DNA from: Guillardia theta CCMP2712
Lineage: Eukaryota; Protista; Cryptophyta
Direction: 5' to 3'
NCBI RefSeq assembly: GCF_000315625.1
Contig: NW_005434489.1
Coordinates: forward strand, 1-64,000
Length of the DNA: 64,000 nt
The notes under the pieces were generated by a model. It saw only the letters and a list, made by a program, of their open reading frames with translations. It ran no database searches and had not been told where the DNA came from. Shown in pieces: positions 23,201 to 39,900 of the stretch; the stretch's first letter is position 1, and each line of letters opens with the position of its first letter. A program made the position numbers and the translations under genes.

Positions 23201-25531
23201 TCCTCGAAGCGACGGATCAGAATCGCCAGCAGGAAGGTCAGCTCGCGTCGAACCACCGGGCTGGCATCCCCGAGGGTGCTGAGAGAGGCTTGGGCAAGAG
23301 CCAGCTCCTGATCGATCCTTGCCTTTACGTCCTCGTCCGCACGGTTCGCGGCTGCCGCCCCCGCTGCTGCTGCTCCTCCTGTCTTTGCCGTCTTGTTCTC
23401 TGCTGCGTTTCCTTCAGCATGCTCGGGCTTCTTGGGAAGAGCGTCGGAGGTGAGGGAGTCTCGATCAGAGCGCATGTACGTGCCCAGAGCATACAGAGCA
23501 GCTGCTCGGACCTCTGCGACAGGATCTTGGAGGAGGGTGACGATGACTTGGGGGAGCTGCTGATCCAGCGCCAGACTCTTCGCTCGCTCGTAGGAGGACC
23601 ACAGCTGGCCGGAGCACAGGCAGACCCACTTGCGGATGTGGGGGCAGGAGGAGTCGACGTGGCCCTTGAGGCCGATGATGATGTCGCCCTGAAGGCACTT
23701 GTCCTTGGCCTCGGGTAGCTCGGAGACGATGACGCTGAGGATGACAACAGAGAGGGCTCGTTGGTTCGGAGGTAGGTCCGGGCTAGTCAAGCACTGAAGG
23801 AAGTAGGTGTAGTCCGTGTCGCGGATCAGATCGACGGTGCAGGAGCTGTCGACCGTTAAAATCTTAGCCCATATGAAGATGAGCGGCTCTCGGATGTGCT
23901 TGGAGGGGCTCTGAAGGAGTTTCAGCACGTAGGGAAAGACTCCGACTGAAAGAGCATGGTTGACGGCCCAGGAACCCATGTCGAGGAAGCGAGCGAGGAG
24001 GTTGAGAGCTCTGAACCTGTGGGCCTGCGATAAAAGCACCTGCAGCACGACGGTAAGGACAGGAGGCTTCGTCTCCTTCCTCCCTCCGAACTCGAGCCAG
24101 ACTTCGAAGGCAGTCAGCTGCTCGACGAAGAAACTTGACGGCTGATACTCTGCTGGAGGGTCCGCCAGGACAGCCGGGAGCTGGGAGAGGCAAACTTCCA
24201 CGGCAAGATCCCAGGCAGACCAGAGGGGATGCTGATAAGAAGGAGGAAGTTTAGGAACTGAGACTGGGTTGCAGTTGACCGAGCGGAGGATACGCTCGGC
24301 GAGAATGAAGTTCCTGAAGATGGAAGCGACGAGCAAGTCCTGACGGAACAGCCGCTGGAATAGCTCAGGGGGGAGGAGACTCCAGGCGATGGTGTCGGTC
24401 ACGGCCGTGAAGATCCAGTTGAGCTCTCCGAGGATGGTCTGCAAGCAAACTCAGTCGTTCAGTGCGGAGAGTGACCCGACAGTTCCAACCTTCCTGTTGT
24501 TGAGCTGCCCGGGAATATGGTCGATCAAGCTCGGGTCAATCTTGAGCAGGGAGGACGATCTGCTGCAGAACCATCGAAGAGCCATCGTGATGGGCGTCGT
24601 CAAGCAGGAGGTGAAGACGTCGGCAGGGAGCTCAGGGTTCTGTGGTCGCAGATGGTTTAAGGAGAACAACACCAAGACAGGGAGGAAGACGACGAAGAGA
24701 GGAGGGTACGGAAGGGGGGAGCGGAGAGGAAGGAGCAGCAGAGACGTAGTTAGGGAGCAGAGAGGGAGCACGATGAGCCGGAGTTGGCAGATTGTGAGTG
24801 GTAGATGGAGAGCAGGGGGTGATGGAGTAAGGATGTAAAAGTTCAAGTACCTGGGGCAGCAGCTCTCCTGCGCTGCAAGCAGCAAGGATGATGAGATCAG
24901 CATCACGATGTTGTTGGTTGACAAGGACGCCAGCGTTGGAGCAGTCGAAGACGAAGACGCTGGGCGATCCCAACCAGGTCTGCAGGTCGTAGACAGAGAG
25001 GGGGATGTACTGAGTGAAGTTCTTGTTGAAAACCCAGATCTCGCTGTTGGCCGTCGGCCTGGGGACCCCATGGCCGTTGTAATGGAACAAGACTCGCTCG
25101 TCCTTGGCCTCCTTGCGCAGGTTGTCGCACAGTTTCTTCACGTCATCTACCTTGGGGTCGAGGCCCTGCTGGTAGTTCGCTCGCGGCTGCCATCGCCGGT
25201 ACTGAGCCTCCAGCTTCTTCCCGATCGTCTCCAGCGCCTTCTGCGGGCTCATCATCTGGGGGTCGACCCAGCACTCCATGCGGGCGCAGGGCGAGGGCTT
25301 GATGACGTCAGGAGGGTCGACGCGGATGTTGAGACAAGCGACCAGCGCCACGTTCATCGTCTTCATCCTCTCCTTGAGCCGCCATGAGTTGATCTTGGGC
25401 TCCTCCTCCTCGTCGTGCGCTGAGTCCTCCGACTGTTGGGCGCGGGGGAACAGGACGGGCCTCCCCTCCCATGTCGAGGGCTCCGGAAGGTCCAGGGAGA
25501 ACTCAAGCTCGCAGTCGACTTCTAGCCCCAT
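20259..25531 (-). CDS. RPTOR: Regulatory-associated protein of TOR (Raptor/Kog1)
   Basis: [66 protein letters not shown] repeats, C-terminal WD40 ending [27 protein letters not shown]. Confidence 0.96.
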
Positions 25532-26114
25532 GGTAGCTTCGATGCTGCGCCAAAATGTCAAATGGACGGTTGAGACGAGAAGAAGATGTGGTGGGAGAGG
25601 ATAGCGGACGAGGAGCAAGGAGCAGCAGGAGAGAGGAAGAGTTGCAAGGGAGAACACGGACGAGGAGAGCTTACGTCATTGTGTGTTGCCTGGATGGTCT
25701 TAGAGAAAGTGGGTTGTGTCCAGTAGTAGTTTCATCCTGAACTTCTGTTCGTATTAGTCAATTGACTGTAGACAAACTCTCTTCCAGCATCCCCTTCCTC
25801 CACTCCATTCTTCCTGCCTGCCTCTGGCCCCTTCCACTACCAACCTTTTGCTTCCGTTTCTATCCCGAACTTAATCCTCCTACTCCCTTGTTTTTCTCAG
25901 CAACGATTTTCCTCCCTTCCCCTGTGCTATTTTTTTCTCCTTGGCCATACTCACTTGTTCTGTTTCCTCTTCTACACTCCACGAGCGAGATGGCTAAGTT
26001 CCCCTCCTTTCCTGTTCGATGCTGCTGCTGCTGCTCCTCCTCCTCCCCCCTCCTTCCTCGTCCACCAGCCTCCTCCCATTTTCTCCCCGTCCCCCTGGCA
26101 TTGGCTTCCTCTCT

Positions 26115-26300
26115 CAACACACCCCACCCCTAGGATTTGATCACCCCACCCTACACTGAAAATTTTACAATATTTATTTTATATTAATATCACCCCTACA
26201 GCACAAACATAAGTATTGGTACCCGGTATATGGTAGTATTCCAGTACATTGTCGAGGTACCGTACCCCCTTGGATACCACCCCACCCCCTTCCTCCTGTC
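26115..26300. promoter_or_regulatory. CACCCC/GTACCCC cluster upstream of RAPTOR
   Basis: Multiple CACCCC and GTACCCC (26262) with an AT-rich core. Confidence 0.45.
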
Positions 26301-26499
26301 CATGCCCCCAAGTCCTCAGCAAACTATGCGTCCGCCCCTAAAAAATCCCCGCAGTGAAGCTTTAACCTCCTCCCCGCCCCCCCCCGCCCCCCGCCCCGCT
26401 CTCCCCTCCTCCTCCTCCCGGTCCTCGTCCTCGTCCCCTCCCCCTCCCTCGCCCTCTCGCTCCTCTCGCTCTCTCGCTCTTTCCCTTCCTCGTCTCTCG

Positions 26500-28350
26500 T
26501 CGCCATCCTCGTCCGCTCACGTGTCTCGTCATGACTGCTGCAGTGTTTACTTGGTGGCTGTGTACCCATTAAAGATCGAGAGCGCTGGCGAAGTCGAAGA
26601 GCAGAAGGAGCGCGACAGATGTCGGGAGAGCTTGAGGAGGGCAGAGAGGAGACGATTGAGAAGACTGGGGAAGTAGTGGGGGGGGGAGGGAGGGAGAGAG
26701 GAGGGAGGGGCAGGGAGGGCAGGGAGGACTCTAACAGAAGTCTGACACGATCTGGGAGGGTAAACAGTCATCAGCAGCATCGTCTGAGGTCTCCCGCTAC
26801 TCACATAGAGCCCGGATCCTGCCATCATCGCCTCATGGTCCAGGAAGAAGAGGTTTCTCCCTGCACAGCAGCCATCCCGTCACCTCTTCTGCAGACCCTT
26901 CACCTCACTCACTCCCTGACAGCTCCTGCATCGCCTCCGCGCTGCTGTAGGCCATCTAGGGCAGCAAGTTCAGTCCGGGAGGAGAGGAGGAGGAGGAGGA
27001 GGAGGAGGAGGAGGAGGAAGGAGGAGGAGGAGGAGGAGGAAGGAGGAGTGGTTAGTGGTGGTGGTGGTGGTGGTGGTGGTGGTGGTGGTGGTGGTNNNNN
27101 NNNNNNNNNNNNNNNNNNNNNNNNNNNNNNNNNNNNNNNNNNNNNNNNNNNNNNNNNNNNNNNNNNNNNNNNNNNNNNNNNNNNNNNNNNNNNNNNNNNN
27201 NNNNNNNNNNNNNNNNNNNNNNNNNNNNNNNNNNNNNNNNNNNNNNNNNNNNNNNNNNNNNNNNNNNNNNNNNNNNNNNNNNNNNNNNNNNNNNNNNNNN
27301 NNNNNNNNNNNNNNNNNNNNNNNNNNNNNNNNNNNNNNNNNNNNNNNNNNNNNNNNNNNNNNNNNNNNNNNNNNNNNNNNNNNNNNNNNNNNNNNNNNNN
27401 NNNNNNNCTCCTCCTCCTCCGTCACCTCTCATTGACCCGGATGTCCTGAGTCTCGAGGAAGGAGTTGAAGTTCAGCTCGTACAGGATCATGAGGTCTCGA
27501 TCGCTGTGCAGCTTGCCGTCCTCCTCGCTGAATGCCGGCATATACGCAGTGTTGTGAACAGTCCCCCCAGCGATTCTGTCAAAGATCCTCCAGGTAGGCT
27601 GCGAAGCAAGTCAGGGTAGCAGGGAAGTGGCTGGTCAGGAGGAGGAGAGAAGAGGAAAAGGGAGGAGGAGGGAGGGAGGGAGAGGAGGGAGGAGGCCGGA
27701 GGCAGGTAGGAGGGAGGAGAGAGGGAGGAGGGAGGAAAGAGTAGAGAGGAGGGAGGAGGAAGGAGGGAGGAGGGAGGAGGGAGGAGGGAGGAGAGGGGAG
27801 AGGGGAGAGAAGGACGGGGCTCACTTTCTCTTTTTGGATCGAGCATCGCGGGCACCATGCGGTAGCTGGGGTCTGCACTGTCGTCAATCATACCGCAAAC
27901 TTGTCAAACGCGATGACTACCACGTTATCCCCCTGACTGTAGACCCTGCGGAACTCCGAGACGACAACCTGTGGAGCAGGCTCAGTCTCCTCCTCCTCCT
28001 CCTTCTCCCTCCTCCTTCCTGCTCGAACTCGTCGATCCTCTCTGCCTTGGTCAGGAACCGATCCTCTGCGGCAGGAGGGTCAGCTCCAATCTTCGCCGAC
28101 AGCAGCAGGCACCGAGGTCGAACAAGTGGTTGCTAGTGCTGAGCTCCTCGAGGAAGAGAGTCCGGGGGAGTTTGGGATCCGGGACGAGCACCTGAGGTCG
28201 TCTCAGCATAGGAGGGAGGAAGAGGGTAGCAGGGGGTCAGGTACGTGAAAGAAGCTCGGGTCTTCGCTCATTGTTGGAGGTCTTGGAGGGTAGAAGACTC
28301 CTCAAGAGCGATTGCCATGCGCCTGCATGCGCGAGAGAAGAAGATCTGAA
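26500..28350 (-). CDS. Hypothetical multi-exon protein interrupted by a gap
   Basis: Exon-like blocks (YMPAFSEEDGKLHSDRDLMILYELNFNSFLETQDIRV; RNLFFLDHEAMMAGSGLY) bounded by GT/AG. Confidence 0.4.
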
Positions 28351-28561
28351 GCATGTGAGATGAGATCTAGCGAGAACAGTTCCGTTCTTGAGTGCATGTC
28401 ATACGGACTACCGACTCGTGTCTGACATTTTGTCCAACAACCCTTTCCTCTCTCCTTCTCTACATCCTTTGCCTTCCTCTGCCGCTCACCGATTTCTCCT
28501 CTTACCCCAACTCCTCTCTCAAATCCTTCCACTCTCTCCTTCCTCTTCCTCCCTTACCCCA

Positions 28562-28565
<4 letters not shown>

Positions 28566-28592
<27 letters not shown>

Positions 28593-28780
28593 CCCTGCTC
28601 CTGCCCCTGCCCCTGATCCTGCCCCTACTCCTGCCCCTGCCCCTGCCCTGCCCCTGCCCCTGCCCCTGCCCCTGCCCCTGCCCCTGCTCCTGCTCCTGCC
28701 CATACTCCTGCCCCTGCCCCTGCTCGTGCTGGTGCTCGTGCTGGTGCTGGTGCTCCTGCTCCTGCTCCTTCCCCTCCTGC
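28566..28780. repeat. (CCTGCC/CCTGCT)n hexanucleotide repeat
   Basis: Visible tandem repeat. Confidence 0.85.
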
Positions 28781-29282
28781 TCCTCTCCTACTACGCACAA
28801 GATGTCCTTTGAGAGTCGGAAGAAGCCGAAGGGTAGTTTTGAAGGGGTACTTTATAGTCAAAATGTCTCAGTAAAAGTAGGGTAGGGTCATAGTACCCAC
28901 CGACCCGTCACAAAAAAAAAGAAAGGATTGACAAGTGGGAGGGAAGGGGAGGAGGGCAGGAAGGGAGGAGAGGAGGAGAGGAGGAGAGGAGAAGAGGAGA
29001 AGAGGAGGAGAGGAGGAGGGGAGGGGAAGGGAGGGGAGGGGAAGCACAGCTGAGAGGAGGGGAAGAAGGAGAGCGAAGGGCCGAGCAAGCAAGAGCGAGG
29101 GAAAGGAGCTTTCGGAAACAGGGAAGAACGAATGTGAGGGGAGGAAGAGGAGTAGGAGGACATAAGAAAGAAGACGGCGAGGAGAGCAGGGAGAGTAGTT
29201 GTTTCTCAAGCGAGGGAGAGAGAGGGACAGAGGTCAAGGAGGCTGATGATTGCAGCAGGATGTTGGACGAGAGACAGTGAGG

Positions 29283-31850
<2,568 letters not shown>

Positions 31851-31909
31851 TTGGGGGGTTGGAGAGAGGAGGGGGAGGAGAGGAGGACGAGGACGAGGAC
31901 GAGGACGAG

Positions 31910-31957
<48 letters not shown>

Positions 31958-32986
31958 AGGAGGACGAGGACGAGGACGAGGAGGGGGGGGGGGCAGCAGN
32001 NNNNNNNNNNNNNNNNNNNNNNNNNNNNNNNNNNNNNNNNNNNNNNNNNNNNNNNNNNNNNNNNNNNNNNNNNNNNNNNNNNNNNNNNNNNNNNNNNNNN
32101 NNNNNNNNNNNNNNNNNNNNNNNNNNNNNNNNNNNNNNNNNNNNNNNNNNNNNNNNNNNNNNNNNNNNNNNNNNNNNNNNNNNNNNNNNNNNNNNNNNNN
32201 NNNNNNNNNNNNNNNNNNNNNNNNNNNNNNNNNNNNNNNNNNNNNNNNNNNNNNNNNNNNNNNNNNNNNNNNNNNNNNNNNNNNNNNNNNNNNNNNNNNN
32301 NNNNNNNNNNNNNNNNNNNNNNNNNNNNNNNNNNNNNNNNNNNNNNNNNNNNNNNNNNNNNNNNNNNNNNNNNNNNNNNNNNNNNNNNNNNNNNNNNNNN
32401 NNNNNNNNNNNNNNNNNNNNNNNNNNNNNNNNNNNNNNNNNNNNNNNNNNNNNNNNNNNNNNNNNNNNNNNNNNNNNNNNNNNNNNNNNNNNNNNNNNNN
32501 NNNNNNNNNNNNNNNNNNNNNNNNNNNNNNNNNNNNNNNNNNNNNNNNNNNNNNNNNNNNNNNNNNNNNNNNNNNNNNNNNNNNNNNNNNNNNNNNNNNN
32601 NNNNNNNNNNNNNNNNNNNNNNNNNNNNNNNNNNNNNNNNNNNNNNNNNNNNNNNNNNNNNNNNNNNNNNNNNNNNNNNNNNNNNNNNNNNNNNNNNNNN
32701 NNNNNNNNNNNNNNNNNNNNNNNNNNNNNNNNNNNNNNNNNNNNNNNNNNNNNNNNNNNNNNNNNNNNNNNNNNNNNNNNNNNNNNNNNNNNNNNNNNNN
32801 NNNNNNNNNNNNNNNNNNNNNNNNNNNNNNNNNNNNNNNNNNNNNNNNNNNNNNNNNNNNNNNNNNNNNNNNNNNNNNNNNNNNNNNNNNNNNNNNNNNN
32901 NNNNNNNNNNNNNNNNNNNNNNNNNNNNNNNNNNNNNNNNNNNNNNNNNNNNNNNNNNNNNNNNNNNNNNNNNNNNNNNNNNNNNN

Positions 32987-33708
32987 NCTCGATCTCCGAC
33001 AGTCTTCGAGCCAAGTCTTCTTCCTCCTCTCCTCCCACACGCACAAACGCTTCCTGGACTGCGACCCTTCAGCCTCTGCCAGCGGCAAGCGACAACCCAC
33101 CCAACTTCCTTGCGTCCTCCTCCTGCCCAACATAATCCACCTCCTTGCTTTGCCCGCAGCTGCAGCAGACGAGCCTCCGGCCTGCTCCTCCCTCCTGCTC
33201 CTGCTCCTCCTTCTCCTCTTTCTTTCTCTCCTCCTTTCCTCCATCTTCTCTTCCTCGTTTGCGCTTCTTCGCGTTGTCTCCCCCCCCAGCATCCAGTAGA
33301 GGAGGAGGAAGCATCATCCCCTCGCATCCCTGCGCCTCTTCTCAGCTCAGCCCCAGCACACTCAGGGAACAGACTTTGCGGCACTTCCACGAGCTCAGCA
33401 GCTGCTCCTGCCGCCTCCAGCTGGGGTCCAGCTTGCATCTCTTGCACTCACACGTGAAGAAGAAGTTCTGTGGAAAGTTTTCAACCATCAGGCCTCCTCC
33501 TTCCCCTTCCCCCCCTCCTCCTCCTTCTCCTCCTCCTCCTTCTCCTCCTCCTCCTCTCCACACCTTCTGCAGTGTCGATCGCCTCCTCCTCCTTTCCTCG
33601 TAGAGGTCGCAGTAGGAAATGCTCAGCTCCTGCCCTCTTGCTCACAAACGTCTCACCTCCCACCCCTTCCCCCATTCCTTTCCTCCTCCTCCTCCTCCTC
33701 CCCTCGTC

Positions 33709-33750
<42 letters not shown>

Positions 33751-35642
33751 CTCGTCCTCGTCCTCGTCCTCGTCCTCCCTCATCCTTCCCTCTCCCTCCC
33801 TAGTCCTCTCCTCCTACATACCTCTCCCTCCTCCACCACCCGTGTAGTCCGAATTTCTAGTTGCCCATCGTCGCCAACACACCTGTAAAGATTTTAGTCC
33901 CGGAGAAGATGTGTAGAGNNNNNNNNNNNNNNNNNNNNNNNNNNNNNNNNNNNNNNNNNNNNNNNNNNNNNNNNNNNNNNNNNNNNNNNNNNNNNNNNNN
34001 NNNNNNNNNNNNNNNNNNNNNNNNNNNNNNNNNNNNNNNNNNNNNNNNNNNNNNNNNNNNNNNNNNNNNNNNNNNNNNNNNNNNNNNNNNNNNNNNNNNN
34101 NNNNNNNNNNNNNNNNTCCTTCCCCTCCTCCCCCCTTCTCTCTACCCTTCCCCTCCTCCTCCTCCGCTCGTTCCTCCCCCTCCTCACCCTCGCCAGCAGC
34201 TCGATCCCTTCCTCCACACTGATCCGGCACTCAGACGGCAGGAGATACCTGAAGCCTGCGGTCAACAGTAGGAGACGACCAAAAGCCGTGGGGAGGACTG
34301 TAAGGAACAGAGAGGGGAGGAAGGGAGAGGCAGGAACGAGAATGCGAGAGGGAGAAGGGACGAGGGAGAAAGGAAGAGAGAAGAAGAGAGGTGAGGGGAG
34401 GTGAGGGGAGGGGGGTGGAGGGAGGGAGAGGGAGGAAGGAGAAGGGGAGAGGGAGGGACCTGGCTTGCTTGACGATGTGGGAAAATCTAGCCAGAAGCTC
34501 TTCGGGCATGACTGAGCTGAGAATCAGGACGACAACAAGTAAGAGGATGAGGGGATGAAAGTGTTGGAGGTTGGCAAAGGAGGATAAGCTGGAGAAGGAG
34601 GACGGAGAAAGAGAGCAAGGGAGGAGGAGGACGGGGGGGGGGAGAAGACCAGGCGTGTTATTGCAGAGACACTCCACAGCATCTTGGAACGAGGGGAACG
34701 AGGGACCTGCTGCTGCTGGATCAGGAGGGAGAAGGTAGAGATTCCTGATACACAAGTAGAAGAGAGGAGAAGAAGGAGGGTAGAAGAGTTCTTGTGGTGA
34801 GCGAGGGGGCAGGAGAGGAGGAGAGCGGATTAAGAATGGGAGGAGGAAGTGGTGGAGGAAGTGAGGCGAGGAGGAGAATGGATCGGGGAGGGACCTCGGA
34901 GGAGGAAGCGGGAAAGGAAGGGGAGGAGGAAGAGAGGGAGGGAGGAAGGGGGGAAAGAGAGGGAGGGATGGGGGGGAGGAAGTGGTGGAGGGAGAACTTG
35001 GGATTTCACAGTCTCTTCACAGACCTTCATCGCCCTCGCTCGTATCGCTCAGTGAGACTCTTCCAGCCTGACAAGACCGGTCAGAGGAGGAAGCAGAGAG
35101 TCTCAACCCGACCTCCAGCGATCGCAGGACGAGCAGGCGCAGCATGAGCCGGAGGGTGCGGGACTCCTCGATCTGAGAGACGTGAGGAGGTAGCGGGGAG
35201 GTAGAGGGCAGGCATCTCACCTTGAAGTCTGATGATTGGAACAGCTGTTTGAACGATGAACACTCTGACGAGAATGTCACGACAAGTCCTCGTGCTCATC
35301 TGCGGCCGTTCACCATAGCGATGCAGTAGCACGTCGACGTTGGCGTCGGTGGAGCAGTCCGGGCAGAACTTGATCTTGGAGCTGAACGACGAGCATGTCA
35401 TGCATGAGCTCGAGCTGTCATTCAACTCACCACCCGCTACAACAATCTCCTCCAGCTGGCCGGCAGCACGACGAGCAATGGCTCTCCAGAAACGCGTCCG
35501 ACAGGCTCTTTGCCACCGCCGGGCATATCAGGATGCAGAGGCCAGACGCAAGCCTCTGAGATGCCACGAGGAACCTTCCTCTTCCCTCCTCCTCCTCCAT
35601 GGCGTAGAAGGAGGGTTCATCCTCCTCCACGGCTCCTCCCAT
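32987..35642 (-). CDS. SMYD-type SET/MYND lysine methyltransferase (parts lost in gaps)
   Basis: EGRGRFLVASQRL (SET-N), CxxC...CxxC...FCxxC...H zinc finger, GQELSISYCDLY..RR and FFFTCECKRC post-SET. Confidence 0.8.
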
Positions 35643-35888
35643 CCCTTAGGGCAACAGCTGGTCCAGGAAGGCGAGGGAAGACTGTCCCCACCACCCGCGT
35701 CAGCCACGGCGTCTCGTAAGGAGCGGACTGACCTGCAGGTAGTCGTGGCAGACGGGGAGGAGGTGGGAGGAGGTGAAGTCAAAGATCAGGTAGGCCAGGG
35801 GCTGCGGACCGAGTCAGCTCCGGGCGTCATGGCGGGGGGTAGCCAGACCACAAGGAAGGGAAGACCCAGGAAGAGGGGAAAGATCCAG

Positions 35889-37252
35889 ATGAGGCTGTTG
35901 TCGTTGTCGATCCTTCGAGCTACCTTGTTCCTACTCGCTGCGATAGCGGCGGCAGGCATGCAGGACTGTACCTGGCAACGTCATCATTGCTCGTACTCTC
36001 TCCTTCCTGCTCTCCCTTCTCATTCCCCTTTCGTTCCTCTCCACACTCCCTATCTCCTCCTCACTAGTTCTTTCCTCCACTCCCTCTCCCTCTCCCTCTC
36101 CCTCTNNNNNNNNNNNNNNNNNNNNNNNNNNNNNNNNNNNNNNNNNNNNNNNNNNNNNNNNNNNNNNNNNNNNNNNNNNNNNNNNNNNNNNNNNNNNNNN
36201 NNNNNNNNNNNNNNNNNNNNNNNNNNNNNNNNNNNNNNNNNNNNNNNNNNNNNNNNNNNNNNNNNNNNNNNNNNNNNNNNNNNNNNNNNNNNNNNNNNNN
36301 NNNNNNNNNNNNNNNNNNNNNNNNNNNNNNNNNNNNNNNNNNNNNNNNNNNNNNNNNNNNNNNNNNNNNNNNNNNNNNNNNNNNNNNNNNNNNNNNNNNN
36401 NNNNNNNNNNNNNNNNNNNNNNNNNNNNNNNNNNNNNNNNNNNNNNNNNNNNNNNNNNNNNNNNNNNNNNNNNNNNNNNNNNNNNNNNNNNNNNNNNNNN
36501 NNNNNNNNNNNNNNNNNNNNNNNNNNNNNNNNNNNNNNNNNNNNNNNNNNNNNNNNNNNNNNNNNNNNNNNNNNNNNNNNNNNNNNNNNNNNNNNNNNNN
36601 NCCTCCCTCCTCCCTCCCTCCCTCCCTCCCTCCCTCCCTCCCTCCCTCCCTCCCTCCCTCCCTCCCCTCTCTCCCTCCCCTCAACTTCATGCAGTATGCT
36701 ATCTACGGCATCACCCCCGTTGATCTCGTGTCCTGGGGCTTCTTCATACTCGTATCCTCTGCGCTGCTGGTGACGTCGGTGGGACTGGCTGCATTCTCCT
36801 GCTCATTTTTCTCCCCTCGTCAGTTTTGGGTGCTAAGGAACACTTTCCCTGCTCAAATCATCAGAGACTCGCTCAACAAGGAGAAGAGACTGCTGGTGAC
36901 AGCGAAGACTCTTGCTTCCCCTCGTCTCATGCATCCCTGTAGCACGAGAAGTACCGCCAACTCAAGCTTTCGAGCGAGAACCTCTACTATCAGGCAACGG
37001 CTGCTGCTGTTTCCCCCCCATTCTCTCACTTTCATGTCAGGCCACATGGGCTAAGAATGATGGGAGGAAGGAGGAGGTGAGGACGACTTGATTTCTACTT
37101 GTAGGTTCTCACTCTCTTCACAGGCAGAAAACCTGCTGGAAGAGCTCAAGAAGATCAATGTGACATATTGCTGACTTGCATGCCTGTTCTTATCTCAATG
37201 CCAGGCCGAGTGCAAGGAGATCGCCAGGATGATTGGAAGGAAACATAGATGA
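35889..37252 (+). CDS. Hypothetical membrane protein with signal-like N-terminus
   Basis: MRLLSLSILRATLFLLAAIAAAG; TM WGFFILVSSALL|FWVL; short coiled-coil tail; consistent splice sites. Confidence 0.55.
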
Positions 37253-37399
37253 GAAAGGGAGAAATAGAAGGTGATGAGAGAAAGAGGAAGGTCGATGATT
37301 GAAGAAAGAATCAAGCAAGCAAGACATGGATAGAATGAAACGAAATAAAACAACAAGGTAAGAAAACTCAGATAGACGATTTTGGGAGCGACGCGCTTT

Positions 37400-38444
37400 C
37401 AGCGAAGCTTCCGGGGTTTAGTAATGTTACATACAACAGAGATTGTCCCATAGGCAAGAGAGCGATCGGATTACATCTCGCATGATCGTCGTCAACCATT
37501 CCTCCATGCTCGCACAGAGGTTTCGCACCACCTGCTGGGAGCTGGCAAACCAGTCACTCTCCGACCTGACCACCTGCCGCGGCTGAGAATCAGCGAGGGA
37601 CCACTGCAAGTGACCACTCCAGCAGGAGAGGGAGCGAGGGCTTACCTTGTTGGAGTCTTTCGCTCGGGTCGCGAGGAGCTTCATCAGAGGACTGTAACAT
37701 GACACTTCTTCCTCCTTCCTGTAGGGTTTTGAGAGACCCGCCGTTTGTACGCCATTACCTTCACCTCCCTGCTGATCGTTGAGCAGCGACTCCCGCACCA
37801 TCCCCGTCACCATCGGAACGGTTGAGCGGGATTGAGTGAGACTGGAGCATGTAGGGTTGCTGTGATTCATTCTCACTTGTTCAGTCTGTGAGTGACATGA
37901 AAACATCACCTCATGGACTCGCTTCGTTGCTCTGAAGACATCGTTGTATTCGGTCATGCTATACAACCACGCCCTTGACTTCTGCCATGGCAGTCACCGC
38001 ATCATGCATAGCTGTGCCTCCAAACATGCAGACACCAGCTCGTCACCTTGAGGCCTCGGAAGAAGGATTCTGGCGGCAGAGGAATGGGGTCCATCAAATG
38101 GAACCGCTCCTTCGTGAAGCTGAACGCTCCATGATCATCTAGTACCATGCCGGGAGCTTCACCCGTCCCAGTATTTCTTCCTCCTCCTCTCAGCCTCATG
38201 TTTGTTCTTCCTGTCAGGTAGGCGAGTCCTCGGGGTCGCCCGCCAACTGCCCCCCAGCTCGTTCCGATGCTCATGTTGTTACACACTTAATGCTCAGCTC
38301 GGCAACGAGTCAGCCTCCTTTCCCAAGAGAGTGGTTGCTCCTCAGAGACGCCATGTGGAGGGCGTGAAGCTCGTCCGCGCGAGGGCATGCCGTAGGTCAC
38401 CAGGGAGCCGTGAAGCAGCGGCCCATGGGCATCGGACAAACATG
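37400..38444 (-). CDS. Hypothetical protein with MRLRGG near the N-terminus
   Basis: Coding-like exons 38286-38050 and 37966-37470 with GT-AG introns. Confidence 0.5.
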
Positions 38445-38479
38445 GGACCCGGCGAGTCTGGCAGTCTTCAGTCTTCTGG

Positions 38480-39900
38480 AAGGAGTGAGTATGAGGGAGA
38501 TGATGTTGAGTATGAGGGGGATGCATCCAACATGTGTACGAGGGGGATGAGCTGTTGGAGTCTCTTCATATTTTTATTGAACTTCGTGTCGGGGGACTAA
38601 GGGAGTGGGTGGGTCCTTTTCTGGAAGGGGTCATGCCCAGATCGAATACTAAATCACCGGTACTTTTAAAGTATATTTGTATGAGTAAACAAGGGTGGGG
38701 TACTTTCATATACCCCTCCTTCGGGTAGCAACTTCCAGCATACCCCATACACATCTACAAATCTGTAAAGGGCACCCAATTACTTTGACCACCCCTACCC
38801 CCAATAAAACGTCTATAGTAGGGGTAATGCTACACTGAAGTTTCAGTCAAATGTGGTTCTGCCGTTTCATCAAGAAGCTGTACCCCTCCTTTGTCCATTG
38901 CTGGCCACCCCACCTATTCAATATTGCAGGTAAGCCCCTACCCCTACCCACCCTTGAAAGAATCAGGATGGAAGCACCCGTATTTTTGTATGAAAGTACC
39001 CCCTTGTTTACAGATATCAACTTGGTAAGCATCTCAGTATCCATCGTCTACCCACCCTCTCAGGATACCACCATGCAATATTTACCCTACCTGATTTTTC
39101 CATCTAATAAACAATTTCCATCCAATCATCGTACTACCCTACCCCAACCCGCATACGAGCAATATTCCTATGACCACATATGGACTGAGGTTCTATGTGA
39201 GGCCATACATGGGCAGACTACCCGCACGAGCGAACAGGCGAGTCCATCCTTACAACAGAGGACCCTACCCTCTTTCAAGTACCCGGTACTTATCCTTCCA
39301 CAATGTGGAAATATGTGGGGTATAGAGTAGATTGTGATGATAGAACGGGGGTAGTCGGACCTGTGGTGGGGTGATCGACGGTGTAGTGGAGGGGGTGTAG
39401 GAACAAGAATGGGTAGGGTAGGAAGAGGGTGCGTGGTGTGTTGTAGAAACTGAGGGTGGGTTGAGGGGTGATGCCTTTTTTCAATTTTTTTCCTATTTTT
39501 CCCTATTTTTTCTGCAATAGATTTGGAGTGCTGGTGGTTCTTTTTTGCTCTTTCTTCTTCTTTTTTGAATTTTTTTTGCTGCATCAACAAAAAAAATCAA
39601 AAAAATTGAGGAAAAAAACAGTTCCTTTTTTGCCAACCACCCCATACACTGACCACCCCTCTACTTCCACCACCCCACCACAACATGCTCCATTCATTCA
39701 AATTACCCACCACTCCTGGGAAGGTCAAGCAGTACCCACAGATCTCTCTCAACATGAGATGACCACTACCCCTATATTTCATACCCCTACCACACAAATG
39801 AACAACCATGGTAGAAAAATAGTACCATAGATCGGTATATCACCCCTACAATCAAGGTTTTGTGATCATACCACCCATCGTTCATTTTCAGTACCGGTCC
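38480..39900. promoter_or_regulatory. Extended TACCC/CACCC motif field
   Basis: Many TACCC/CACCC/GGGTA words, A/T tracts, no credible ORF. Confidence 0.45.
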
